From contig CAWJCS010000003.1 in assembly GCA_963841435.1 (NCBI GenBank), positions 640,001-704,000 of the forward strand: DNA of 64,000 nucleotides, written 5' to 3'. Below, piece after piece: positions 21,395 through 32,087 of the stretch; position 1 is the first letter of the stretch, and each line of letters opens with the position of its first letter. This DNA is from an uncultured delta proteobacterium. GTDB taxonomy: Bacteria; Myxococcota_A; Polyangia; Polyangiales; Polyangiaceae. The notes beneath the pieces are model-generated. The model was not told the DNA's origin, did no database searches, and saw only the letters and a list, made by a program, of their open reading frames with translations. Both the position numbers and the translations under genes were made by a program.

Positions 21395-21832
21395 TCAACG
21401 TGCGCTACAACCGAGCTTGACCGTCGTCGCTCCGAGCGCGAACTTCGCGGCCTCGAAGGCGGGAGGGCCTAGCGTGCCGCGCGGGCCACGCGAGACGCAC
21501 CAGGGCTCCTTCGGAAGTCCCGTCCAACTCCGATCGAGCTTTCCGTTCGAGTTTTGATCCAAGAACGCGCCCGCGGCGTACATGCCGGGCGTCAATCCTT
21601 CGAAGCGGCACGTGGCGACGTTGCCGGCCGGCGCGGCAGAGGTGCGCCGGAGGGGCCGCTTCAACCATCCGCCTCGATCGTAAAGGCCGCACACGACATT
21701 TCCTTTCCTGCTCGCGGTCGCCACAAACAAGATGATCTCCCCGCCGCGCGCCGGAACGTCGCCTCGCGCCGTGCTCGAAAGGACGAGGAGCGCGAGGGCG
21801 AGCGGGAGCTTTTGCAACCAAGCTGTCTTCAC
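21395..21832 (-). CDS. DUF2141 family secreted protein
   Basis: GLTPGMYAAGAFLDQNSNGKLD...GLPKEPW..S...LGPPAFEAAKF; start uncertain. Confidence 0.8.
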   Translation of the reverse strand: MKTAWLQKLPLALALLVLSSTARGDVPARGGEIILFVATASRKGNVVCGLYDRGGWLKRPLRRTSAAPAGNVATCRFEGLTPGMYAAGAFLDQNSNGKLDRSWTGLPKEPWCVSRGPRGTLGPPAFEAAKFALGATTVKLGCSAR

Positions 21833-22043
21833 GATCGATCTTCGGCTGTAATTACGCTCGAAAGCGGCGAAACCTTCCACGCTCGACGCGCTGCAACGGG
21901 GGCCCGCAACCGGTGCTGACCCGTGCAGTCGAGGAATTTTCCAGTCAGCGTGCGGTGATGCGAAACCGAAGCGCGTTGCCCAGATGATCCCCGCGAGTTC
22001 GTGCGGGAATGGAGGGAAGGGCTACTTCAAACAGAGGTTGTAC

Positions 22044-23855
22044 GTGAAGAAAGTATTCCGATCGGTCTCCAGCATCTCGCTTGCGCTGCTCATTGCATCC
22101 TGTGCGGTGAAGCAGTCGTCCGACGACGACCAGTCCGGCAGCGGCGGAACGGGCGCGCTTGCCGGCGTGGGTGGGAGCAGTACCGCGGGTAGCCCCGCCG
22201 GAGGCTCGGCGGGAGTCGCCGCGGGCACGGGCGGCGTGAGCCAGGCGGGTGGAGCGGCCGGCGTCGGCAATCAGGCCGGCACGCTGGGCGGCGGCGCTCC
22301 CGCGGGCGGAGCGGGCGGAGTCGCAGGCGTCGCAGGCAGCGGGGTCGCAGGTAGCGGCGTCGCAGGTAGCGGCGTCGCGGGCAGCGGGGTCGCAGGCAGC
22401 GGCGACGGCGGCCAAGCGGGATCGGCGGGCGACGGCGGAGGAGGACTCGGTGCCGGCGCGGGCGGCGACCCGCCCGGAGGTGCGGGCGGGCAGGCAGGAA
22501 CAGCCGGTGCGGCCGGTGGTGCGCCCCCCGCCGAGCCGACGCTCGTCACCTCCGCTCCGGGCGCTTACTGGAAAGTCGGTATGGTGACCGAGGTCACGGC
22601 CGGCAACGCCGACGTGACCGTCAACGACGCTTCCGCGGCACAGACCTTCACGGGATTCGGCGGCACCTTCAACGAGAAGGGCTGGGAGGCGCTCAGCACG
22701 CTGAGCCAGGCCGATCGCGACGCCGCCCTGAAGCTGCTCTTCGACCCCATCGACGGCGCGAAGTTCGTTTACGGCCGCATCCCGATCGGCGCGAGCGATT
22801 ACGCATCGAACCGTTACACGCTCGACGACACGGCCAACGACACTTCGATGGCGAGCTTCAGCATCGACCGCGACAAGCAGAAGCTCATCCCGTACATCCA
22901 GGCCGCGCTCGCGGTAAATCCCAACATCTACTTCTGGGGCAGCCCGTGGACGCCGCCCCCGTGGATGAAGGACAACAACGCCTACGACCGCGGGAACATG
23001 AAGGACGACGCCACGATCCTCGGAGCGTACGCCGTCTATCTCTCCAAGTTCGTCGAGGAGTACGGCAAGGTCGGCATCAAGGTCTCGGCGATCCACCCGC
23101 AGAACGAGCCGGGCTACCAGCAGGACTACCCGTCATGCGGCTGGTCCGGGGCCCTGGTGGCGAAGTTCATCGGCACCTATCTCGGGCCGACGTTCCAGCA
23201 GCGCGGCGTCCAGGCCGATATCTTCATCGGCACGATGTCGAACCCCACCGCGGACTTGAGTGTCCTCAACACCGTGATGGGCAATGCGACGGCGAAGGCT
23301 TTCATCAAGGGCCACGGCCTGCAATGGGGCATGTTCGACGTCTACGGGAACCTCAACCTCGATAAGAGCCTCCCCATCTGGCAGACCGAGCACAAGTGCG
23401 GCAACTACCCGTGGTCGGGCGGCAATGCGAGCAAGGCGCCGAACGATCAGGCCTACGGGGTCGAGAGTTGGGGGCTCATCCGTGACTGGATCAAGAAGGG
23501 TGTCAACGCGTACTCCGCCTGGAACATGGTGCTCGACACGGTCGGGCGGAGTCTCGACACCGTGCGCCCGTGGGCGCAAAACGCGCTGCTCGCGGTCGAT
23601 ACGTCCGCGAAGAAGCTGATTATCACTCCTGCCTACTACGCGTTCCGCCATGCGTCGCAGTACGTGGATCCAGGTGCCAAGGTCGTCGCCACGAGCGGCG
23701 GCGACGCGCTCGCATTCAAGAACCCCGACGGGACGATCGTCGCCGTGATGTTCAATTCGGGGGGAGCCAAGACCTCGATCGTCGCGATCGGAGGCAAGAA
23801 ATGGCAATTCGACATGCCCGGCAACGGCTGGGCGACCGTCAACATCCAGCCGTGA
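22044..23855 (+). CDS. GH30 glycoside hydrolase lipoprotein with Gly-rich linker
   Basis: Lipobox LIASC; FGGTFNE, GRIPIGASDY, SPWTPPPWMK, QNEP, WQTEH. Confidence 0.9.
   Translation: MKKVFRSVSSISLALLIASCAVKQSSDDDQSGSGGTGALAGVGGSSTAGSPAGGSAGVAAGTGGVSQAGGAAGVGNQAGTLGGGAPAGGAGGVAGVAGSGVAGSGVAGSGVAGSGVAGSGDGGQAGSAGDGGGGLGAGAGGDPPGGAGGQAGTAGAAGGAPPAEPTLVTSAPGAYWKVGMVTEVTAGNADVTVNDASAAQTFTGFGGTFNEKGWEALSTLSQADRDAALKLLFDPIDGAKFVYGRIPIGASDYASNRYTLDDTANDTSMASFSIDRDKQKLIPYIQAALAVNPNIYFWGSPWTPPPWMKDNNAYDRGNMKDDATILGAYAVYLSKFVEEYGKVGIKVSAIHPQNEPGYQQDYPSCGWSGALVAKFIGTYLGPTFQQRGVQADIFIGTMSNPTADLSVLNTVMGNATAKAFIKGHGLQWGMFDVYGNLNLDKSLPIWQTEHKCGNYPWSGGNASKAPNDQAYGVESWGLIRDWIKKGVNAYSAWNMVLDTVGRSLDTVRPWAQNALLAVDTSAKKLIITPAYYAFRHASQYVDPGAKVVATSGGDALAFKNPDGTIVAVMFNSGGAKTSIVAIGGKKWQFDMPGNGWATVNIQP
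22326..22400 (+). repeat. 15-bp tandem repeat x5 encoding GVAGS
   Basis: Read directly in the GH30 linker. Confidence 0.75.
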
Positions 23856-23907
23856 TCTCACGGCGCCGGTGTTGACGGCGATCCAACGAGCCTTCGGTCC
23901 GATCGAA

Positions 23908-23932
23908 TCGCGAGCCATGACCTGGCTCGCGA
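23908..23932. terminator. Perfect 10-bp inverted repeat after GH30
   Basis: TCGCGAGCCA-tgacc-TGGCTCGCGA. Confidence 0.4.
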
Positions 23933-24071
23933 CAAACCGCACAGACCGCGAGATTGCCTCGCGCGCGCGGACGCTTGAGCCCTCCCTCGGTGAGCCACTT
24001 TTCCGGCGCCATGGACACTGGCCCGCACCCGACGAGCAGAGGCCCAGTCCCAACCCCCGGTGGCAAGACCA

Positions 24072-25820
24072 ATGAGCAACCGTTCACAGAAGCAATTTCC
24101 AGTGACTGAAGACAACGAGAAGCCGGCGGTCCCCACGAGTAGCGACTCTCGGCGGACCTTTCTCGCTCTCGGAGCCGTGGGGATTGCGGCGGGCCTTCTC
24201 GAAGCCTGCTCGACAGGCGACGATCTCGGCGCGGACGGCAGCTCGGGCGCGGGTGGCACGGGCGTCGGCGGCACCTCCGGTGTCGGCGGCGCGAGCGGTG
24301 GCACCTCCGGTGTCGGCGGCGCGAGCGGCGGCACCTCGGGCGTCGGCGGCGCGAGCGGCGGCACCTCGGGCGCGGGCGGCGCCAACGGCGGCACCTCGGG
24401 TGGCGGCGCGTCGGGCGGTGGCGCAGGCGGCAACGCCGCGGGCGCCGGTAACGGCGGCGCCGCGGGGACTCCAGGCGGCAACGGCGGCGTGGCCGGTGAA
24501 GGCGCAGGAATGGGCGGCACGGGCCCCGGTGGCGCCGGCCAGGGCGGCCTTGCCGGCTCGGGCGCTAGCGGCGGCATGCCGGCCGGTGCAGGCGGAGGCG
24601 GCGGCAGCGGCGGAACCGGTTCGACCGGCATGGGTGGGAAAGAGAACAACTACGAGCCCCTGCCCCCGCTGCCTCCGGGAACGATGGGCCCCTCCAACCC
24701 GAAGCTGCCCGATCCGTTCAAGTTCATCGACGGGTCGCGCATCACCACGAAGACCGACTGGGAGCGCCTCCGGGCCGATCTCAGCGCGATGGTTCAGGCC
24801 GCCGTCTACGGACCCAAGATGCCGCCGCCCGACACGCTCACCGCGTCGCTCAGCGGCACCACCGTCACCGTGAACATGACGGTCGGCAGCAAGTCGGCGA
24901 TGTTCACCTTCTCGGTGAGCGGTGGTAGCACGAGCAGCCCGAAACCCGCCGTCATCAAGTGCGGCAACTCGGGCGTGCCGTTCCCGAGCAGCGTCGTCGG
25001 CATCAATCTCGCCCAGGACAGCTTCGCGGCACAGAACAAGTCGATCCCGACGAGCGGCATCGTGACCACTCTGTACGGGAACACGGCAGCCAAGGCCGGG
25101 TCCGACATCTGCTGGGCCTGGGGCGCCAGCCGCATCATCGATGCTCTCGAGAAGGTGGACGCCGGCATCGATCCCACGAAGATCGCCACCACGGGATGCT
25201 CTTACGCCGGCAAGGGAGCCCTCGCCATGGGCGCGTTCGACGAGCGCGTCGTTTTGACCGCCATGCAAGAGGGCGGCTCCGGGGGCTCGGCCCTCTGGCG
25301 CGTGTCGACGAAAGAGGCCTCGCTCGGTCAGAACATCCAGGAAGCGACCGAGATCGTCGGCGAGCAGAACTGGGAAGGCGGCGACTTCAAGGCGCTGTTC
25401 TCCGGCAAGAACAAGGCGACAGCGCCCGTTGACATGCTGATCGCCGACCAGCACTTCGCCGTTGCGATCTGCGCGCCGCGCGCCGTGCTGCTGATCGAGA
25501 ACGACATCGACTGGCTCGGGCCGCTCGCCGCTTACGGCGGCGGCGCTGCCGCCCGTGAGGTGTACACGGCGCTCGGCATTGCGGACCGCATCGGCGTGTC
25601 GGTGGCCCCGAACCACGGGCACTGCGCGTTCCCGAGCAGCCAGCAGGCGGCCCTCACGGCCTTCATCAACCGCTTCATGCTGGGGATGTCGGCGGATACC
25701 AGCGGCGTCGATGTTCTCAACGCGACGAACAGCAAAATCAAGACGTGGACCAAGGCGGACTGGATCGACTGGGACACGCCCACGCTGGCCGGAAACCTCT
25801 CCTGGGATCCGTTCGCCTGA
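24072..25820 (+). CDS. CE15 glucuronoyl esterase-like, Tat lipoprotein with Gly-rich linker
   Basis: SRRTFL Tat motif plus LEAC; LPDPF, WAWGASRIIDALE, TGCSYAGKGAL, QEGGSGG, DQH, HGHC. Confidence 0.88.
   Translation: MSNRSQKQFPVTEDNEKPAVPTSSDSRRTFLALGAVGIAAGLLEACSTGDDLGADGSSGAGGTGVGGTSGVGGASGGTSGVGGASGGTSGVGGASGGTSGAGGANGGTSGGGASGGGAGGNAAGAGNGGAAGTPGGNGGVAGEGAGMGGTGPGGAGQGGLAGSGASGGMPAGAGGGGGSGGTGSTGMGGKENNYEPLPPLPPGTMGPSNPKLPDPFKFIDGSRITTKTDWERLRADLSAMVQAAVYGPKMPPPDTLTASLSGTTVTVNMTVGSKSAMFTFSVSGGSTSSPKPAVIKCGNSGVPFPSSVVGINLAQDSFAAQNKSIPTSGIVTTLYGNTAAKAGSDICWAWGASRIIDALEKVDAGIDPTKIATTGCSYAGKGALAMGAFDERVVLTAMQEGGSGGSALWRVSTKEASLGQNIQEATEIVGEQNWEGGDFKALFSGKNKATAPVDMLIADQHFAVAICAPRAVLLIENDIDWLGPLAAYGGGAAAREVYTALGIADRIGVSVAPNHGHCAFPSSQQAALTAFINRFMLGMSADTSGVDVLNATNSKIKTWTKADWIDWDTPTLAGNLSWDPFA
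24267..24401 (+). repeat. 30-bp tandem repeat (~4.5 copies) encoding GGTSGVGGAS
   Basis: Read directly. Confidence 0.85.
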
Positions 25821-25854
25821 GCGTGACGACCCCGAGGCCGCGCGGAGCTCCCTC

Positions 25855-27537
25855 GTGAGCTCCGCGGCGCGCCCGACTGCATTCGCGCTGTCCGGCGTGC
25901 TCGCGCTCGCCGCGTGCTCGAGTGCCTCGGAGGGGGCGGGAGTTTCAGGCGGCGCCGCCCAGGCAGGCGCGAGCGGAGGCGGAGGAAGCGGCGGCAGCGC
26001 GGGCGGATTGGCCAGCCTCAGCACGCTCATCCCCGCGCGCGTGCGGAGGCTCGCAACGGCCGAATACGACGCGTCCGTGCACGCCCTCTTGGGCACGGAC
26101 GCGCGCCCCGCATCGGGGCCCGACTTCCCGCCCGATCTGCGCCAGGACGGGTTCACCGTTAACGACGCGCAGCGCGTTGACGCCGTCATCGTCGAGCGGC
26201 TCGCGGAGGCCGCCGACGCGCTCGCCACCGAAGCGCTGAAAAACGGCACGCTCGCGCGCCTCGCGCCGTGCGCGCCGACCGCGGACCCCACTGGCTGCGC
26301 CACGAGCTTCATCACGACGTTCGGCGCGAGGGTCTATCGTCGCCCCCTGGTTGACGCGGAGATCAGCGCCCTTTTCACGCTCTACACCGTGGGCGCCGAG
26401 GGCGCGACCTACGAGGACGGCATCGCGCACGTCACGCGCGGCCTGCTCCAGAGCGCCGGCTTTCTCTACCTGACGGAGCTCGGGGACGGCGCGCCCTCCA
26501 CGGACGGTACCCTCACGCTCACGCCCCACGAGATCGCGGCGGCGCTCTCGTACTTTCTCACGTCCGCGCCACCGGACGACGAGCTTCGCACGAAGGCCGA
26601 CGCGGGCTCGCTGACGGATCCTCGGGTGCGCGAGGCGGAAGCGCGGCGCCTGCTCGAGACCGACCCGCTCGCGAAGGACACTGCGGTTCGCCTGGTGCGC
26701 GAGTGGCTCGGCATCGACCGCATCGGCGAAAGCTTCAAAGACTCGCTCGTCTACCCGGACTTCGCGGCTGAAAAGGCCGCTATCGTCGCGGAAAGCTCGG
26801 ACTTCGTGCGCGCCGTCACCTTCGAGTCGACCGGGACCGTCTCGGAGCTCCTGGGCGCAACGTGGACCGTGCAAAGCGGGCCGCTCGCGCTCTACCAGAC
26901 GGCGGGAAGCGGGCCCGTGCCCGCCTCCTCCGCGTTGACCGATCGCGTCGGGATCCTGAATCAGGCTGCGTTCCTCGCCAGCTACGCCACGGCCCAGGAG
27001 AGCCATCCGATCTTCCGCGGCGTTGCACTGGCACGGCGCGTCACCTGCCTCGGGCTCGACTCGCCGGCATCGTTCAACATCCAGGTCGTCCCACCCGCGC
27101 CCGACCCGACCAAGACCACACGCGAGAAGTACGACGCCCACGCAAAGGACCCGATCTGCGCGGGCTGCCACGACATCATCGATCCGTTCGGCTTCGCCTT
27201 CGAGCACTACGACGCCACGGGCGCCTACCGCGACACGGACAACGAAAAGAGCGTCGATAGCGCCGTCGAGGTGTCCGTCGAGCGCGACTTCGACGGCTCG
27301 TATGCCGACAGCAACGAGCTCGCCGCGGCGCTTTCGCGGAGTGAAACGGTGCGCGAGTGCTTCGCCCGGCAGATGTTTCGTGCCGCCGTGGCCACCGGGG
27401 ATTCGGCTGCCACGCCGGGCGAGCGGGAATTCATCGACTTCTGGAGGACGCTTCCGGAAGCGGCGCGCGGGAACATCGTCGAGACGCTGATCGCCTACGC
27501 GAAGAACCCGTTCTTCGCGGTGAGGGCCGCGCTATGA
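25855..27537 (+). CDS. DUF1592/1588-family lipoprotein with CxxCH (second copy)
   Basis: Lipobox LAAC; RRLATAEY, YRRPL, HEIAAALSYFL..PPD, SHPIFRG, CAGCH, GFAFEHYDATG. Confidence 0.88.
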   Translation: MSSAARPTAFALSGVLALAACSSASEGAGVSGGAAQAGASGGGGSGGSAGGLASLSTLIPARVRRLATAEYDASVHALLGTDARPASGPDFPPDLRQDGFTVNDAQRVDAVIVERLAEAADALATEALKNGTLARLAPCAPTADPTGCATSFITTFGARVYRRPLVDAEISALFTLYTVGAEGATYEDGIAHVTRGLLQSAGFLYLTELGDGAPSTDGTLTLTPHEIAAALSYFLTSAPPDDELRTKADAGSLTDPRVREAEARRLLETDPLAKDTAVRLVREWLGIDRIGESFKDSLVYPDFAAEKAAIVAESSDFVRAVTFESTGTVSELLGATWTVQSGPLALYQTAGSGPVPASSALTDRVGILNQAAFLASYATAQESHPIFRGVALARRVTCLGLDSPASFNIQVVPPAPDPTKTTREKYDAHAKDPICAGCHDIIDPFGFAFEHYDATGAYRDTDNEKSVDSAVEVSVERDFDGSYADSNELAAALSRSETVRECFARQMFRAAVATGDSAATPGEREFIDFWRTLPEAARGNIVETLIAYAKNPFFAVRAAL

Positions 27538-29019
27538 CGACCGAGCGAGAGCGTCGCTCGAGGCGAGCAGGGAGCCGCGCCGTGGGAGCGGGGCGGCGCG
27601 CGTTCCTGCGCACCGTCGGTAGCGCTTTCGTAGCGCTGCCGTTCGCGCGGCTCGTGGAGACGTTCGTACGCGCAAGCGGAGGGAGAGCTCCCGCCGCAGC
27701 GCTTCATCGGCATGTACCACCCACACGGCATCGCCGCCGAGCTCTTCACGCGCAAGGACGGCGAGACCGAGACCGACTTCGCGCTCGACGCTGCCGATAG
27801 CCCGCTTCAACCGTTCGACGACGCAAAGACGTACGGCAAGAGCTTCAAGGAAAGGCTGGTCGTCATCGAGGGCATCGACCTGCTCTCCGACACCAACGGC
27901 CACAACTCTGCCGGCACGATCTTGACCGGCAGCCGCATCGTCGGGGGCACCGGAGGGTTGCCGCTCAATAGCTCGCTGGATCAGTTCCTCGCGGTCGAGC
28001 AGGGGCTCGGTGACGCAACGCTCGTCCCGAGCATCGCGCTCGCCGTCGGCGAAAAGGAGCTCAGCTCGCGCGAGACGCTATCCTTCGGCGCGGGCGGGGC
28101 GCCGGTTTCGAAAATCATCGATCCGGCACTGGCCTTCGATTTCTTGTTCAAGCACGCGATCGTCGGCACGGACCCCGCCCTGAGCGCCGAGGCCGAGCGT
28201 CAGCAGCGGCTCGGGCTAAGTCTCATCGATTTCGTCAACGGCGACCTCAAGCGCCTGCGAGCGCGCGTGGGACCGTTCGAGGAGCAGAAGCTCGAACAGC
28301 ATCTCGAGGCGCTGCGCGCGCTGGAGAAGAAGATCCAGGGTTTGGCGCTCGGGCCCGACTGCGCCGTGCCGGAGCGGCCCGGAGCCTTCCCCGCGCTCGA
28401 GCGCGGAAACGGCGGCGAGCCGTACTTCGACGCCATCACGGACTCGCTCATCGAGCTTCTCGCGCTCGCCATGGGCTGTGACCTCACGCGCTTCGGGACG
28501 CTCGTCTTGAACGACCTTTCGTACCCCGACAATCCGCTCGGTTTGCCGGCGGACAATCACGCCGGCATGGCGCACACGTACTCGGCCTCACCGCTCGGCG
28601 CGAGCGGCAGGCCGGTGGGGCCCGGCAATCCGGAAAGCTGGAAGCTGCTCGCGACGTTCAACCGCTATGCCTACGGCAAGGTCGCGCGCCTCCTGCAACG
28701 ACTGGACGAATACGGGATCCTCGACAGCACGCTCGTCTACGCCACGAGCGACATGGGGAACCCGGCCGCACACAGCACGCGCAACGTTCCCACCGTGCTC
28801 GCCGGCGGCGCGAACGGCGCCATCCGCATGGGCCGTCGCATCAAGTATCGAACCGATTGCCCGCTCGGCACCGACTGCGACATGGACGGCGGCGACTACG
28901 AGACGGTACCCAACAACCGGCTGCTCGTTTCGATTGCTCAGGCGTTCGGCGTCAACGTCGATTACTACGGCGCCCAGCCCGACTTCGAGTCGTCAGTCGG
29001 CACGTTGCCGAACCTGTGA
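27534..29019 (+). CDS. DUF1552 protein (second copy), Tat signal, frameshift at ~27663
   Basis: GRRAFLRTVGSAFVALPF; joins ORF 27712..29019 (ETSYAQAEGELPPQRFIGMYHPHG) on removing one T; SLDQFLA, SDMGNPAAH. Confidence 0.85.
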
Positions 29020-29221
29020 GGCAACGTCACACTGTGACCTCGGTCGTTGCCATGAAAGCCACCCGGACGCGCTCGCGCCAGGGAACGCCCGGCGGCGGCC
29101 GCGCGGCACGGCCCTGGGCGACCATGATTCCAGGCCGCAAGGTGAACCGAGCCTTCGGTGATCCCCAGACAGGCGGTCGGGAATGATCGAAGAATCGGGG
29201 TAGCCCGGGACGGAAAAAAAG

Positions 29222-31243
29222 ATGACGCGCTCCGAACACCGATCCGTACCTTTCCAGAGAGGTCGAACACCATTGCTCCGCCGTGCCGTTCTGAGTTGCC
29301 TGCTGGTCGCGGCGCTCTCCGCCTGCTCGTCGGATGACGCGAGCTCCAACGGGACGGGAGGTGTGGCGGGCAGCCCCACGAGCGGCGGCACGTCGGGCGC
29401 GACGGCGGGGACGACCGCCGTGGGCGGCGCCGGCGGTGCGAGCGCGGCCGGCGGGAGCAGCGGGGCCGCTTCCGGGGGTACGGCGGGCGACGGAGCACTG
29501 GGCGGGTCTTCGAACGCAGGCGCAGGTGCAGGCGCAGGTGCAGGCGCAGGTGCAGGCGCAGGCGGGGCCGACGCGGGCGGCAGCGCGGGCGCGGCTGCCG
29601 GAGGCGCGGGTGGAGGCGACGCGGGCGCCGGGATGGGTGGGGTGGCGGGCACCACCGCGGGCACGAGCGGCAGCGACGCGGGCGGAGCCACGGGTGGCGC
29701 CGGCTCGAGCGGCGACGCGGGAGCCGCGGGTGCGTGCATGGGTGCGACTTGCGTGCCGACCGTCGTCACCTACCCCACGCCGCCCGGCGCCGTCGCGAGC
29801 ACCCTCTACACGGTGACCGTGAATGGCGAGTCGCTCTTCGTGGAGCACCTCACCAAGTACTCGCCCGAGATGCAGATCCACTACGCGCACGGCTCGCTCG
29901 CGGGCGCGGGCGCGGCGCACGTTTCGGTCACCGTGAACGAAAGCTTCAATTCGTTCACGCTGAGCCCGAAGAGCCGGAAGCTTGCCACCACGAAAACCGG
30001 CAACACCATCACCTTCGACAGCGGGCCGAACTACCTGATCCTCACGGTCAACACCAAGGAGCTGCTCTTCATCCTCCTCGACCCCGAAGAAGTGAACCCG
30101 CCGAAGCTCGGCGACGCGAACGTGAAGAACATCGCCGACTACGGCGTCGATGCCACGGGTGCCACGCTCGAGACCACGAAAATCCAGGCCGCCATCGACG
30201 CCGCGTCGGGCGCGACCCAGAACATCCTCTACTTCCCACCCGGCAAGTACAAGATCGGTGAGCTCTGGATGAAGAGCGACATGACGCTCTATCTGGCCGG
30301 CGGAGCGCTGCTCAACGGCTCGGGCGCCACGGGCGACTTCAACACGGGTAGCGGCGGCATCGACATCGAGGGCTGCTCCCACGGTGTGATTCGCATGTAC
30401 CAGCTCGACAACGTGAAAATCCTCGGGCGCGGCGTGATCGACGGCAACGGCAAGGCCATCCGCGCTCAGAACGACACGAAGATCAACCTATTCAAGATCG
30501 AAGAGAGCACGAACATCGCGATCGACGGCATCCTCGTGCGCGACCCGAGCTTCTGGAACACGCTCGTCTATCGCAGCGATCAGGTCTCGATCAAGAACTA
30601 CAAGATGCTCAATTGCCGGCCGACGACGACGGTCTACAACAACACCGACGGCGTGAACTTCGACGAATCCACGAACGGCAACCTCTACAATGCCCTGCTC
30701 TATACCGGCGACGACAGCATGGCGACCAAGAACGAGGAGCCGTCCGGAACCGTCAACACGAAGAACATCGTCCACGAGCACGTCGTCGCCTACAGCAACT
30801 CGGTCGGCTGCAAGATCGGCACGAAAACGATGGGGCAGACCATCGACGGCGTGATCTTCCGGGACATCAACGTCGTGAAGGCCGGCCGCGCGCTGAACAT
30901 CGACGCCTACGACACCGCCGTCGTGCAGAACACGCACTTCGAGGACATCCGCGTCGAAGCCGCCGATACGAGCTTCATTGCGCTCGAGGAGGCCGACCCA
31001 CCCACCTGGCGAACGGCCGCCAACCAATCCATCATCAAGGACACCTACTTCACGAACGTGTCCTCGGACGGGCCGAACCTCGTCAACATGCACGGCCGCT
31101 CGGCCCAGTACAACATCACGGGCGTCTACTTCCAGGGCGTCACCGTCAAGGGTCAGCCGCTCACGAGTCAGAGCGACCCCGACGCGATCTTCAGCATCAA
31201 TTCGTTCGTGTCCAACATCACGTTCAGCGCGACGGCCCCGTAG
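29222..31243 (+). CDS. GH28-like parallel beta-helix glycoside hydrolase lipoprotein
   Basis: Lipobox LSAC, Gly/Ala linker, IQAAIDAA..LYFPPGKY, NTDG, TGDD, KIGT. Confidence 0.78.
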   Translation: MTRSEHRSVPFQRGRTPLLRRAVLSCLLVAALSACSSDDASSNGTGGVAGSPTSGGTSGATAGTTAVGGAGGASAAGGSSGAASGGTAGDGALGGSSNAGAGAGAGAGAGAGAGGADAGGSAGAAAGGAGGGDAGAGMGGVAGTTAGTSGSDAGGATGGAGSSGDAGAAGACMGATCVPTVVTYPTPPGAVASTLYTVTVNGESLFVEHLTKYSPEMQIHYAHGSLAGAGAAHVSVTVNESFNSFTLSPKSRKLATTKTGNTITFDSGPNYLILTVNTKELLFILLDPEEVNPPKLGDANVKNIADYGVDATGATLETTKIQAAIDAASGATQNILYFPPGKYKIGELWMKSDMTLYLAGGALLNGSGATGDFNTGSGGIDIEGCSHGVIRMYQLDNVKILGRGVIDGNGKAIRAQNDTKINLFKIEESTNIAIDGILVRDPSFWNTLVYRSDQVSIKNYKMLNCRPTTTVYNNTDGVNFDESTNGNLYNALLYTGDDSMATKNEEPSGTVNTKNIVHEHVVAYSNSVGCKIGTKTMGQTIDGVIFRDINVVKAGRALNIDAYDTAVVQNTHFEDIRVEAADTSFIALEEADPPTWRTAANQSIIKDTYFTNVSSDGPNLVNMHGRSAQYNITGVYFQGVTVKGQPLTSQSDPDAIFSINSFVSNITFSATAP

Positions 31244-31364
31244 CGTCGAGCCCCGTAGCTCAACCGGGCACCGCCTGGAGGGCCGACAGCCGCTCTCGTC
31301 GGACGCCTTTGACGAGCAGCCATCCGCAAAAGGCGGCCTCGGCGACGCGCGGCTCCCCGTGGCT

Positions 31365-32087
31365 TCAAGAGACGGCGGGCGTCGTGTCGCTCGGGCGGTT
31401 TCGCCGCCCCTCTCGCGCGGCGCGTGCCGACGGTGTTTCTCGCCCCACGATGGCCGGCGCCTTTTGCACGAGCCCGTCGTTGGTGAGCGCGTCCACCATG
31501 AAGAGCGCAAAATCGACGCGGCGCGTGCGATTCGAGGCAAGCACCGGATCGCCCACGTGCTCGCTCCACACGGGCAACCCCTGGCTTTCGCCTTCCTCGA
31601 GGTCGCTACCGCGAACCACCGTCCAGCGTGCATCGCTCTCGAAGATGCGCCGCGTTGCTTCGACCTGGTCGTCGAGATCGGCGAAGCGCGCTGCGCGCGC
31701 GAGGAAGCCGAACACCTTGACGAAAGCCAACAGCTTTTTTTCGTAGCGATCTCGTCCGTCGCGCGTGATGTGCCAGCCGCACGAGAAGACCAAGCGTGCG
31801 CCGGGGTCGGCGAAGTCGAGCACGGCCTGGGCCGTGCCGGACGCGTAGTGCTTCATGCCCCACGGCGCGAGCACCGTGAGCACGCCGTCGCAACCGGCGA
31901 CGGCCCGGCGGATGACGTCACGATCGTCGGTATCGCCCGGCACGATCGCGATGCGCCCTCCGAAGGGCTCGAGCTTGGCAACGCTCTTTTCGCGGCAGAC
32001 GGCGACGACCTCGTGCCCGCGATCGAGCGCGTGCTTCACCATGTACTTTCCGAGCTTTCCCGATGCGCCGACGATGCAGATCCTCAT
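31365..32087 (-). CDS. NAD(P)H-binding oxidoreductase (flavin reductase/BVR-B-like)
   Basis: MRICIVGASGKLG Rossmann motif; WTVVRG. Confidence 0.88.
   Translation of the reverse strand: MRICIVGASGKLGKYMVKHALDRGHEVVAVCREKSVAKLEPFGGRIAIVPGDTDDRDVIRRAVAGCDGVLTVLAPWGMKHYASGTAQAVLDFADPGARLVFSCGWHITRDGRDRYEKKLLAFVKVFGFLARAARFADLDDQVEATRRIFESDARWTVVRGSDLEEGESQGLPVWSEHVGDPVLASNRTRRVDFALFMVDALTNDGLVQKAPAIVGRETPSARAAREGRRNRPSDTTPAVS

Noticed and set aside
22140-22520. PE-PGRS-like proteins
   Set aside because: Only compositional similarity; no PE domain, and they are linkers of lipoprotein enzymes
17733-24401. Tandem repeats as CRISPR arrays
   Set aside because: In-frame coding repeats with no unique spacers and no cas genes
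31248-31270. tRNA-like 5' sequence GCCCCGTAGCTCAACCGG
   Set aside because: No D-stem partner, anticodon arm or TTCGA arm
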